A DNA stretch of 64,000 bases from Eledone cirrhosa. Its lineage: Eukaryota. The position numbers were made by a program, and so were the translations under genes. The stretch lies in contig OZ024759.1 of the NCBI GenBank assembly GCA_964016885.1, forward strand, positions 27,156,001 to 27,220,000, given 5' to 3'. Below the pieces are notes generated by a model. That model saw nothing but the letters and a program-made list of their open reading frames with translations, did not search any database and was not told where the DNA came from. Shown piece by piece: positions 35,899-49,004 of the stretch (the first letter of the stretch is position 1; the number at the start of each line of letters is the position of its first letter).

Positions 35899-36047
35899 GG
35901 AATAATTATATTCTGTTGTTTATTATGTAATTAAATAGCTCTGTACAATACATAGAGCATTCTTCTTTTCTTTACCTTTTCTATGGAAATACAAGAACAA
36001 ACATATATATATATATAAGAACAAACATATATATATATATAAGAACA

Positions 36048-36104
<57 letters not shown>

Positions 36105-38979
36105 ATATACATAAACAAGACTGTTATTGCTCCAACCAGTCTATTTATCTTTGATAACTATCCTAGATATAAATACACCTATACCATACATACATATATC
36201 ATATATGTTTTTGATGCCGTGGTATAGCAGAGATAAGCAAGAAGAGAAAAGAAAATGAAAAGGAGAAAAAAAAAGAAGTAAGAAGTCGGGGGAGGGACAG
36301 ACACTTCACCCCAGTCTAAGTGGTCCCTCAGCCGCAACCTGTGGAAGAAACGTAAAAGCGTTACCTCAGAGCAAGGCCAGAGACACCTGCAACAATAGTC
36401 GCCCCTCCTCATGAGGCTCCTGTCGTCTTTCCTCCCGACTTTATGAAGGAAATCAGCAGTACAGGGACCAAGTATGGCAGAGGTCTCAATGGAGTGGAAG
36501 AGGTGAGTCAGGCCTTGGTACTATCTTACTATCCTCTGCATTGCGGGGTGTGGAGCCTAGGTTTGTGGCTGTAGCTATATTTGAACTTTTATATGAAATT
36601 TCAGTTTTATTTTTTTCACATCATAAAACTTAATCTTAGTCTTTTGCAGCTCATCTTGTTTCATCTCGCAGCACACGATTTGGGAACCACTGCTCTAGAG
36701 ATAGAAAAAGTATATTTTATGCAGGACTTCCCTGAGACATAAAAACTATTTCCAGAGATCGACATGGGTAGAAAGGTTGAGAAATGCTGCACAATGTTCT
36801 TTGGTTTTTGTTCACCTTTAAATAATCATGTATAAAATATCGGGTGTGCAAGATTTCATGAAAAGGTATAACATTATTTATGCTGATCTTGCAGGGACTA
36901 GCTCCAATTGAGAGTTGTACCAATTCCCACTAAACTCGAAACTCCTGGACAATATATACATATCTTTATAAGTTCCTGTGTATTGTGTCGTTGTATAATG
37001 AAACATAAATACATACCATGCATGTCAGTCAGATTTGAACTCACTATATTTGGCGTTTTATAGATATAATTTGTTTGTTAAAACAATTGATTAAATAATA
37101 ACTAAATAAAATTAATTCTACAATCCTGGATAGGGAATGAACTTATAACTTCATAATAGAAGCCATCTATTCGAGCAGTATTGCCATCTAAGCCACCAGG
37201 TTACTTACAGAACTTCTTTCAAATATAAAATATAAAATATATGCCAGACATAGTGAGTTCGAATCTGACTGATTAGTTGGTCATTGTCCCAGCCAACAGT
37301 TTAAATCGCCAACCAGTAGGTGACATCGACTAGGTTGGGAAAACTTGGTTAAGTAGCTCCAGTTATTGCTACGTTAGACATATTCAAGACTTATCGACAC
37401 CGAATGGAAGAAAGGTAAAGTTGAACTCAGAGTAAAGAACTGGAAAAATACTGCAAAGAATTCTATCTGATGTTCTAACAATTCTACCAAATTACCTTAT
37501 GTATATATATTTATATCTAGAGATAAGAAGAAAACTGAAAGAAAGAAAAATGAGACCTTATATGTAACCCATGACCGGGATTGAAACCGAAACCATGACT
37601 ACCACCATCTCTGGTATCACCCACCAGACCACCATGAAAGATACAAACATCTGCTTTTTTAATATTTATAAGCCTACTTTCAATATTAAAGTAATTAACA
37701 TGTGGTGTTGTTCATGCCTTTCTCTATGTTATTGGTAAAAAATAAAGTATTTAAACCTCAAATTTTGTTATTCAAATATGCTTGCTTATGTAATTATAAA
37801 TGTCGCAGAATACACACACATATATAGATGTGAAAATATTCAGGACCCCAACGGCTGTGCTACTGCCGTTTCGACATCTATATATATATCTTTTAGTCCT
37901 AGGCTCTTTCAGCGCAGAAAGAATTCTCCAATGATCACAACCAGCTAATGGTGCCCAGTGGAAGCACTTTAGTCTAATTATAACCCCAACGATCACGATT
38001 AGCGGCGGCTTTTTCGAGTCTGAGGTTGACTGCCAGATATATATATATATCTATATATATATATATTTTTTTTTATACTTTGCTAGAATCCCGGAGAACA
38101 ACAGAAAGATGCTGAGTTCAGAGTTTAAAAAACATGTCCCCCTTTAATATAAAAACAATCCGAGTCTTGTAAAAGTGTTATTACTGTAATATAAAGTAGA
38201 AACCCTTTATTTAAACAAAGCTGAGATGCAGCGATCATCAAAGCAAACCCCAAAATGTAAACAAACTTCTCGCAGGTGCTGGCAGATACACGATAACATG
38301 TGTATACGAAGTGTAACAGGGAGTTGGGTCGTATTATATGACTTTCAAATTGACCCCTATTATATTCAAATTATCCCCTGTGGGGCGTGCACCCCACGTT
38401 GAGAATCCCTCATAAATAAATATATGTGAGTGTGTTGCTATGACTGCTATTTCTAGCAGGTTTACTGCAGTCCTGTAGACGCACAACAAAAACCGGAAGT
38501 GGCAGCCATTAAAAAACTTTGGCTTAAAATCAGGCAAAAGTTTTTTAACAATTTGCCAAGAAAGATAACTCTTGTCTTACTTAATCGCAAAAATCGAGGC
38601 AAAAAATGTTGCGGGTGTGCAGTTTGTTTGGTGTATTTGACTGCTATTTCTAGCATATATGGACACTTTAGAAATAGCAGCGAAACACGGGAAACATAAG
38701 AAAGAAGGACACACACGTATATATGTATACATATATATATGCACAGATATATACATTTAAATATATATATTTATATATACATACACGCGCGCACACACAC
38801 CTATACGTAGATATGGGTGTGTGTATAGCTGGTATATATATATATGTATGGGTGAGTGTATAGCTGGTATATATATATATATAGGTGTGTGTCCTTCTTT
38901 CTGCTGTTTTCCGTTTTTCGCTGCTATTTCTAAAGTGTCCATACATGCTAGAAATAGCAGTCAAATACACCAAACAAAC

Positions 38980-39051
38980 TGCACCCCACGTTGAGAATCC
39001 CTCATAAATAAACATATATTTATTTATGAGGGATTCTCAACGTGGGGTGCA
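38980..39051. repeat. Perfect hairpin, 33-bp arms with 6-nt loop (seen only in B1)
   Basis: TGCACCCCACGTTGAGAATCCCTCATAAATAAA-CATATA-TTTATTTATGAGGGATTCTCAACGTGGGGTGCA. Confidence 0.95.
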
Positions 39052-39890
39052 CGCCCCACAGGGGATAATTTGAATATCCCCCTCTTTATATCAATTAGCA
39101 CTAACTCTCTCCCTCTCTATATCTACTACACGGCACTCTCTTCCAATACCCCTCTCTATATGAAGTAACACCAAACTCTCCCCCTCTCTATATATTAAGC
39201 ACTAAGTCAGGAATTTTTTTCTTCTTTCGTGCAGAGAGAGTAAAGTTGATTAAATCTACTGCAGTGAATTACTGGTATTTTATTTAATAAAAATTAAAAT
39301 TTACTATTTGTCTTCGTTTAATTTTCGTTTTTCTTTACATAGTTTCGTTTCGTTAAATGTCTCCAGAATTTGTTTTTACTTTTACCGGATATTGAAGGTG
39401 TAAACTTGGTGTTGTCTAGAAACGTGTTAGAAATATTTTTCTTTTAATTGTGAAGAATTTAACCGCAAAGTAAGTTTTTTTTACTGTTTATTTGTGGCTG
39501 GGACAACGTATGGTATGTGTTAATGTAAATGGTGAAGGTTTAAAGATTCTTTTTACAACTGAAAATCGGTTTGTTGTTGCTGCTAATTACTTAACGCATG
39601 GAATAGATTAAAAAAATACAGGATTGTTTCTCGGAAGAGAGGAAGAAGAAACAAATCACAGAAGCGGGTAGCACACACATTTGGGACCACATACAACACA
39701 AAAACAGGTAATCCACACATCTGGGACCACATACAACACACCAGCAGGTAATACATACATCTAGGACCACATAAGCAGGTAATACACACATCTAGGACCA
39801 CATACAACACACAAGCAGGTAATACCCACATCTAGGACGACATACAACCAAAGGCAGGCGAAAGGGGTGGACAAACGAGCTGCTACTAGA

Positions 39891-40148
39891 TCAAAAGATA
39901 ACAGTATCGCGAGGAGCACTGGGAAACCTCTCTAATGATTTTTTTAGGCAAACCAGCACGTCTGCAGCGTTACCTCGGGCGATGGCGAGGCTGAGGAGCT
40001 GGAACAACCAAGTGCCCTCACGAGCTTCACCAGTCACCTTCGTCAGGCTAGCCGCCAGTGAAGATAGGAATCTCGCAGTCAGTATCCCGACTCCCCCAAA
40101 CGCCACAGGCTGGAAAATGTAGTTGGCCGACAGATCACAGTATTACTT
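39891..40148 (-). pseudogene. CRE-like RLE fragment (copy in A2)
   Basis: ORF 39891..40106 gives nearly the same peptide. Confidence 0.7.
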
Positions 40149-40294
40149 AACAGTGATAGATATTCTGTCTAAAGGAGGGGCGTGCAACAGGCGGCCCGCG
40201 GGCCACAATCGAGCCCACCTGACCAGTCAGAGTGGCCCGCAATGACTCTTGTAGGCTTATTTAGAATTTTTTCCATACCCGTAATACTTCTGTT

Positions 40295-40662
40295 AGTTGA
40301 CCTATACTAAAGGACTTCACTGATAGGGTTATATGTGTTATAATTTCCCAGTTGACCTATACTAAAGGACTTCACTGATAGGGTTATATGTGTTATAGTT
40401 TCCCAGTTGACCTATACTAAAGGGCTTCACTGATAGAGTTATATGCGTTATAGTTTCCCAGAGGGCTTCACTGATAGGGTTATATGTGTTATAGTTTCCC
40501 AGTTGACCTATACTAAAGGACTTCACTGATAGGGTTATATGTGTTATAGTTTCCCAGTTGACCTATACTAAAGGACTTCACTGATAGGGTTATATGTGTT
40601 ATCGTTTCCCAGTTGACCTATACTAAAGGGCTTCACTGATAGAGTTATATGTGTTATAGTTT
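40295..40662. repeat. 55-bp minisatellite, 7 units
   Basis: Copy of 1065-1432. Confidence 0.95.
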
Positions 40663-41234
40663 GAAACAAACTACCTGCATCAGTTATTATACTTTTATAA
40701 CACCGCTATATTACCTACATGAAAGAGGTAAATATTTATTTCTCTTGTCTTCTTAAATGTATAGAACATTTTTCTTATATATATTCTTAACATAGCTAGG
40801 ACCGTTTATTATTTACTAGTCTCTACTCCTAGGACTTTGCTGGTCTCATGTCCCCTCCATCAACACACACTCGGTAGAAAGCTGGTCGTCGGATGTAAAG
40901 TGGCCCTGATTACAGGTCTAGTATTGAAGCCTTTCGGCTTGAGCCTTGCTGATGCCGACACAGTTCCTGTGGTAGTTTTGGTAGCACAGGTGACATTTTA
41001 TTGTGTTTAGGTACCGGCTAGTGCGGACACAGAGAGCACAACCAGGTGGTGAGCTGGCAACGACCAAGTGTAGAGGGCCAGCTTTGAAATTCGAGCGACG
41101 GAGTGAACTAGTAAAAGAGGCAGGGTAAGCAGCATTGGTTCTAACGGTGGGACTAGAACGGAGGTTGGGTGGTGCTGGGGGTGGGCTAACAGCTAACAGT
41201 TGTAGGAGTGGTGGGGGTTTGCTAGGATTAATTT

Positions 41235-42833
41235 TTACATCTGTCTGTGAACTCTTGAAAAAGCAACATACAATTGTCCAGGGTTAAATACTTGCTCAGG
41301 GAGGAACAGACCCACTTTATCATGTATTTGACCATGGTTCTTGTTGATTGTCATGGCATATGACAGTCTTAATGGAAACTGGGGTCTTTCCAAAGTAAAA
41401 GGGATGTTGGCACCACTGGGGGATAACTTCAGTCTTGGGATCAAAACACACCTGCCCATGAAAGGACCATAGATATGAGAAGCTTTGATAAAATGTTTAT
41501 GCAGTTCTACTACTTCTAATCTTGTGCCATTACATAATCTGTTCTGGATTGAAATATTCCATAGAAGCATTATTATTGATCCTGCTTATAATTGGAGTTT
41601 GTGAGGCGGCATCCCAGAAGGTGTAAGCAAGTTCATTTAGCTTGAACCAGGCAGCAAGGGTCCCTGCATTTCTACCACAACCTGAGCATTGCCTCTTTGA
41701 AAGTAAACTCTGTTTGTTCTCCAGGTGTGTGGCTAGGCTGTACACTGTATGTGATGCACCATGAAGCTTAAATTCCGAGAGACACGACACTGCTTCTGGC
41801 TGAGACACATACCTGCAACAAAGATAGGTTCTTATTTCATCATGGTTGTGTTGGTTCTGAGCCTCATTAGGTAATGCATTATTCGTTACTTCTATAGATG
41901 TACAATCATGCCCCATGTAACATATTTAAAGAGGTACTTGACACTTTTTACAGAAGCGCAAACTTCAACATTAATATGTGCACAATATTTCTTAAGCAAA
42001 AAGGCATTAAATGGCATAACATTCCTGTTATCTACTGAATGTCATCCAATTTACACTGCAGTTCCTGTCTTGCACCTCCTGTACTCTGGGTATCCATTTA
42101 GGTTCAATAATGTTTCCCTTCTGTAGGTTTTTGGATAGTTCTTTTTGAAAAATCCATTTTGTATAAATGGGGGAAAAGGGTTTCCAGAACCACATGGCCT
42201 GTGGATCATAAACTTTTAAACCTGCTCATGTAGTACTGGATCATCTTCCAATGCAGGTATTTCTGCTGACACGATTCTGTCAATGTCTTCTCTGTTTCTT
42301 ATCTTGTCTTCATTTTTTAAGGCTCAGTGTTATCATCTGTTTAGATAATTCATTAAACCATTATACTCATCCACTCACAATTGGGCTTGATTGTTCCTCA
42401 AATATTGAAGCCTGCATCCCTCTACTTTCATATAGGCATCCACTAAATACTGCTAAAATAATTTACCTGCCCTATATATCGCACTAAATCCTCCTCTATA
42501 TGCTATACAGTATATGTAATACTCCTGCATTGTCAGTCTATTGCAAACACAGGTCCTACATTCCTCTCCATGGCACTATGCCACCAAAATTCACCATTAT
42601 CGGTCGGTCATGAGGTCCAAGTGGCATGAATTATGTGGTATTTTCTGAGGAGGATGGTCTTTAGGAAAGATGATAATATCTCTTTGTACAGGTGGTGTGC
42701 CCTCAATCCCCCACAAAACAACAGCTATCATTACTAGTTGGTAAATTAGAGCAGCTCATATCTGATCCTCTTCTAAATCTTAATTCACAGTTCTGTACAC
42801 GACAATTTTCTCTTCTTGCACTTTGCTGTTTGA
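41235..42833 (-). pseudogene. Helitron Rep-helicase pseudogene, 3' part (A2)
   Basis: ORFs 41235..41570 and 41530..41916 are identical to the A1 peptides. Confidence 0.93.
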
Positions 42834-42850
42834 GATGAAACAAGATAGCA

Positions 42851-43841
42851 ATGTCCATAACATTACATGTCAGAATTATTAGCCACAGGGGCAGAGATGT
42901 CCATAACATTACATGTCAGAATTATTAGCCACCGGGGCAGAGATGTCCATAACATTACATGTCAGAATTATTAGCCACAGGGGCAGAGATGTCCATAACA
43001 TTACATGACAGAATTATTAGCCACAGGGGCAGAGATGACCATAACATTACATGACAGATTTATTAGCCACAGGTGCAGAGATGACCATAACATTACATGA
43101 CAGAATTATTAACCACAGGGGCAGAGATGACCATAACATTACATGACAATTATTAGCCCCAGGAGCAGATATGTCCATAACATTACATGACAGAGTTTCA
43201 TCTCGCGCTCTCTCTCTCTCGTTTCATCTCGCTCTCTCTCTCTCTCGTTTCATCTCTGTCTTCCTCTCTCTCATTTCATCTCTGTCTTCCTCTCTCTCGT
43301 TCCATCTCTCTCTTCCTCTCTCTCGTTCCATCTCTCTCTTCCTCTCTCTCGTTTCATCACTCTCTCTCGTTTCATCTCTATTTCTCTCTCTCGTTTCATC
43401 TGTCTCTCTCTCTGTCGTTTCATCTCCCTCTATCTCTCTCTCGCTCTCTCATTTCATCTCTCTCTCCCTCTCGTTTCATCTCGCTGTCTCTCTCCTGTTT
43501 CATCTCGCTCTCTCTCTCCTGTTTCATCTCGCTCTCTAGTCTCGTTTCCTCTCTCTCTCATTTCATCTCGCTCTCTCTCTCTCATTTCATCTCGCTCTCA
43601 CTCTCTCTCATTTCATCTCGCTCTCTCTCTCTCATTTCATCTCGCTCTCACTCTCTCATTTCATCTCGCTCTCACTCTCTCTCATTTCATCTCGCTCTCT
43701 CTCTCTCTCTCGTTTCATCTCGCTCTCTCTCTCTCATTTCATGTCGCTCTCACTCTCTCTCATTTCATCTCGCACTCACTCTCTCATTTCATCTCGCTCT
43801 CTCTCTCTCTCGTTTCATCTCGCTCTCTCTGTCTCATTTCA

Positions 43842-43878
<37 letters not shown>

Positions 43879-44540
43879 TCATCTCGCTCTCTCTCTCTCA
43901 TTTCATCTCACTCTCTCTCTCTCTCGTTTCATCTCGCTCTCACTCTCTCATTTCATCTCGCTCTCTCTCTCTCGTTCCATCTTGCTCTCTCTCTCTCTTC
44001 CTCTCTCTCTTGTTTCAACACTCTAATCCCTCACTTGTTTCATCTCTCTCTAATCCCTCACTTGTTTCATCTCTCTCTTGTTTCAATTCGTTCTCTCTCT
44101 CTCTCTTTCTCTCCCCTCTCTCTTTCTCTCCCCTCTCTCTCTTGTTTCATCCCTCACCCTCTTGTTTCATCCCCCCTCTCCCTCTTCCTCTCTCTCTCTT
44201 CCTCTCTCTCTCTTCCTCTCTCTCTCTCTTTCTCTCTCTCTCTTCCTCTCTCTCTCTTCCTCTCTCTCTCTCTCTTCCTCTCTCTCTCTCTTTCACACTC
44301 TATCTCCGACTCGTTTCATCACTCTCTCCCCTCTCTCCCCTCACCCTCTTGTTTCAACTCTCTCTTCGTTTCAACTCTCTCTCCTCTCGTTTCAACTCTC
44401 TCTCTCTCTCTCCTCTCGTTACAACTCTCTCTCTCTCTCCTCTCGTTTCAACTCTCTCTCTCTTTTCTCGTTTCAACTCTCTCCTCTCTTGTTTCAACTC
44501 TCTCACCTCTCGTTTCAACTCTTTCTCTCTGTGTCTCCAA
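42851..44540 (+). repeat. 46-bp minisatellite + CT compound microsatellite (A2)
   Basis: Copy of 3619-5325. Confidence 0.95.
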
Positions 44541-45463
44541 TGTGTAATAAACCGTGACTCATATATATATACCGAAGTATGTACATAAACACATACATAC
44601 ACGCATGTGTATATATATATACATACATGTGTCTCTCTCTCTCCCTATATATATGTATATATGTATAAATATGTACATACATATTAGTGTATATATATTG
44701 CTATCTATATGCATATTTGTATAATTATACTGTATGGTGAATTGGCAGTATCGGTAGAGGGTCTGACGCCATGCTTTCCAGCATAGTTACGTCCCTTTAC
44801 GATCCGAGGTTAACTTTGCCTTTCATCCTTACGGGGTCGATAAAATAAAGTACCAGTAATGTACTGGTTAATTGCTGGCCTTGTGCCTAAAGTAGAAACA
44901 ATTATTAGTTCAAAGTGAAACCACCATCCTACCTGAAATATTATGTTATCATATTAAATATTTCTTATACTGTCATGTTTTTTCTTTAAAACGATTGCAT
45001 CTCAATAAAGTGAAGAAAACTATTATATACTGTTGTTATATCATTATACTTTAGTTTTAACATTTCTATGTGTATAAATATAATGTATGTAAGTGTGTTT
45101 GAAAATATATAATAATAATATGCATGTTTGAAGCAGGGTTCAACTGAAATATCTATACCAGTAACTTAATTAGTGTTACACCTTAGGCATAAACTATTTG
45201 GCATTCTTTGAAGGAGGTACTAGGTTTTTCGCTTTCTTAAATGGAGTATACACGCGCACACGATGCATATATATAAATTGTTTTTCTCTGTACAAAGAGA
45301 TTGACATCATTTCTTAAATCATTATTTAGGGTTTTACAACAAAACATATTGTATGTGTAATTATACAAATTGAATTTAAGTATTTATTTTAAAATTTTAC
45401 ATACACTTTAGTAGTATCATCATCATCATCATCATCATTTTACGTCCGCTTTTCCCTCATTTG

Positions 45464-46223
45464 TGATGCCATGCATTGTATTGTACACTTCGACATATGG
45501 ATTATATTCATGCAACACCTCTCATATCATAGCCATTTTTTGTGGTGAGCAGTCATTATTTGTTGGGACTAGGGCAGTGGATTGGCAGTATCGGTAGAGC
45601 GTCAGACACCATGCTTTGCAGCATAGGGTTATGGCCCTTTACGTTCTGGGTTCAAATCCCTCTAAGGTTGACTTTGTTTTCATCCTTATGAGGTCGATAG
45701 AATAAAGTACCAGTAATTGCTGGCCTTGTGCCAGACAAAATTATTTGGTTGTACTTCCAATCTGTGCTACACACCTTCGTTCCCATCAATAATATATAAC
45801 TGGCCATATTGTGGTGTATTTTCTGCAGGTTACAGAGATGGGTGTGTATTGATATGTTTGACCCTGAATATGAAATCTATACGGGCCTCTGCCGGGTGGT
45901 AACACCAAATGAAGTGAAATAAATGTAGTTTTAATTGCAGATGTTTCTGTGAAATCAACTGCTTCCTGGCCTCTTTCAAAGAGATTTCTCAGTCTCTCAG
46001 GGTATATTTGCAATGGTGGCAACACTACCTTTCCTTTATTACAACAGTTACAATTTTCATTTCTAAATTTCAAAGCTCCACAGTGATCACACGAAACATT
46101 CATATCACTAATATGAAATTCTTCTACATTTCCATTAATATTAATTGTTGGCCAATTTCTCTTACGACGCTCATTATCCATTCTTCTCTGTCTGAATGTT
46201 TTCCATTCTAAGTCTATTTGCAT
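45464..46223 (-). pseudogene. Helitron Rep-helicase pseudogene, 5' part (A2)
   Basis: ORF 45786..46223 is identical to 6573..7010. Confidence 0.9.
45571..45739 (+). mobile_element. SINE in Helitron (A2)
   Basis: Copy of 6358-6526. Confidence 0.8.
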
Positions 46224-46327
46224 GGAATAATTATATTCTGTTGTTTATTATGTAATTAAATAGCTCTGTACAATACATAGAGCATTCTTCTTTTCTTTAC
46301 CTTTTCTATGGAAATACAAGAACAAAC

Positions 46328-46365
<38 letters not shown>

Positions 46366-48903
46366 ATATACATAAACAAGACTGTTATTGCTCCAACCAG
46401 TCTATTTACCTTTGATAACTATCCTAAATATAAATACACCTATACCATACATACACATATCATATATGTTTTTGATGCCGTGGTATAGCAGAGATAAGCA
46501 AGAAGAGAAAAGAAAATGAAAATGAGAAAAAAAAAGAAGTAAGAAGTCGGGGGAGGGACAGACACTTCACTCCTGTCGTCTTTCCTCCCGACTTTATGGA
46601 GGAAATCAGCAGTACAGGGACCAAGTATGGCAGAGGTCTCAATGGAGTGGAAGAGGTGAGTCAGGCCTTGGTACTATCTTACTATCCTTTGCATTGCGGG
46701 GTGTGGAGCCTAGGTTTGTGGCTGTAGCTATATTTGAACTTTTATATGAAATTTCAGTTTTATATTTTTCACATCTTAAAACTTAATCTTAGTCTTTTGC
46801 AGCTCATCTTGTTTCATCTCGCAGCACACGATTTGGGAACCACTGCTCTAGAGTTAGAAAAAGTATATTTTATGCAGGGCTTCCCTGAGACATAAAAACT
46901 ATTTCAAGAGATCGACATGGGTAGAAAGGTTGAGAAATGCTGCACAATGTTCTTTGGTTTTTGTTCACCTTTAAATAATCATGTATAAAATATCGGGTGT
47001 GCAAGATTTCATGAAAAGGTATAACATTATTTATGCTGATCTTGCAGGAACTAGCTCCAATTGAGAGTTGTACCAATTCCCACTAAACTCGAAACTCCTG
47101 GACAATATATACATATCTTTATAAGTTCCTGTGTATTGTGTCGTTGTATAATGAAACATAAATATATACCATGCATGTCAGTCAGATTTGAACTCACTAT
47201 ATTTGGCGTTTTATAGATATAATTTGTTTGTTAAAACAATTGATTAAATAATAACTAAATAAAATTAATTCTACAATCCTGGATAGGGAATGAACTTATA
47301 ACTTCATAATAGAAGCCATCTATTCGAGCAGTATTGCCATCTAAGCCACCAGGTTACTTACAGAACTTCATTCAAATATAAAATATAAAATATATGCCAG
47401 ACATAGTGAGTTCGAATCTGACTGATTAGTTGGTCATTGTCCCAGCCAACAGTTTAAATCGCCAACCAGTAGGTGACATCGACTAGGTTGGGAAAACTTG
47501 GTTAAGTAGCTCCAGTTATTGCTACGTTAGACATATTCAAGACTTATCGACACCGAATGGAAGAAAGGTAAAGTTGAACTCAGAGTAAAGAACTGGAAAA
47601 ATACTGCAAAGAATTCTATCTGATGTTCTAACAATTCTACCAAATTACCTTATGTATATATATTTATATCTAGAGATAAGAAGAAAACTGAAAGAAAGAA
47701 AAAAAAAATGAGACCTTATATGTAACCCATGACCGGGATTGAAACCGAAACCAGGACTACCACCATCTCTGGTATCACCCACCAGACCACCATGAAAGAT
47801 ACAAAAATCTGCTTTTTTAATATTTATAAGCCTACTTTCAATATTAAAGTAATTAACATGTGGTGTTGTTCATGCCTTTCTCTATGTTATTGATAAAAAA
47901 TAAAGTATTTAAACCTCAAATTTTGTTATTCAAATATGCTTGCTTATGTAATTATAAATGTCGCAGAATACACACACATATATAGATGTGAAAATATTCA
48001 GGACCCCAACGGCTGTGCTACTGCCGTTTCGACATCTATATATATATCTTTTAGTCCTAGGCTCTTTCAGCGCAGAAAGAATTCTCCAATGATCACAACC
48101 AGCTAATGGTGCCCAGTGGAAGCACTTTAGTCTAATTATAACCCCAACGATCACGATTAGCGGCGGCTTTTTCGAGTCTGAGGTTGACTGCCAGATATAT
48201 ATATATATATTTTTATACTTTGCTAGAATCCCGGAGAACAACAGAAAGATGCTGAGTTCAGAGTTTAAAAAACATGTCCCCTTTAATATAAAAACAATCC
48301 GAGTCTTGTAAAAGTGTTATTACTGTAATATAAAGTAGAAACCCTTTATTTAAACAAAGCTGCGATGCAGCGATCATCAAAGCAAACCCCAAAATGTAAA
48401 CAAACTTCTCGCAGGTGCTGCCAGATACACGATAACATGTGTATACGAAGTGTAACAGGGAGTTGGGTCGTATTATATGACTTTCAAATTGACCCCTATT
48501 ATATTCAAATTATCCCCTGTGGGGCGTGCACCCCACGTTGAGAATCCCTCATAAATAAATATATGTGAGTGTGTTGCTATGACTGCTATTTCTAGCAGGT
48601 TTACTGCAGTCCTGTAGACGCACAACAAAAACCGGAAGTGGCAGCCATTAAAAAACTTTGGCTTAAAATCAGCCAAAAGATTTTCAATAATAGTAAAATT
48701 TTATTTTTGACAAGGACGATAACTTTTGTCTTACTTAATCGCAAAAATCGAGGCAAAAATTTTGAGGGTGTGCAGTTTACACGCTAAAAATAAACCTGCT
48801 AGAAATAGCAGTCATAGCAACTCACTTACATATATTTATATATCATATATATATATATATATATATATGGACACTTTAGAAATAGCAGCGAATAACAGAA
48901 AGG

Positions 48904-49004
<101 letters not shown>

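Larger units (their letters stand above)
33093..37573. repeat. Local direct duplication (33093-34918 / 35646-37573) with ~730-bp filler
   Basis: Duplicated ORFs 33516/36179 and 34054/36717; both copies end at TATGTAACCCATG. Confidence 0.9.
1..39233. repeat. ~39.2-kb tandem macro-repeat, copy 1 (sub-units A1 + B1; phase arbitrary)
   Basis: GAGAGAGTAAAGTTGATTAAATC at 1 recurs at 39234. Homologous ORFs recur at offsets of ~39185-39230 (2005/41235, 6573/45786, 14171/53357, 16089/55274). Confidence 0.97.
11896..39233. repeat. Sub-unit B1 (27.3 kb; rearranged paralogue of A with palindromic satellite and internal duplications)
   Basis: 11896-16714 parallels 1-7203 minus the 2.65-kb insert; 31670-39233 parallels ~5330-11895 with indels. 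Confidence 0.92.
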
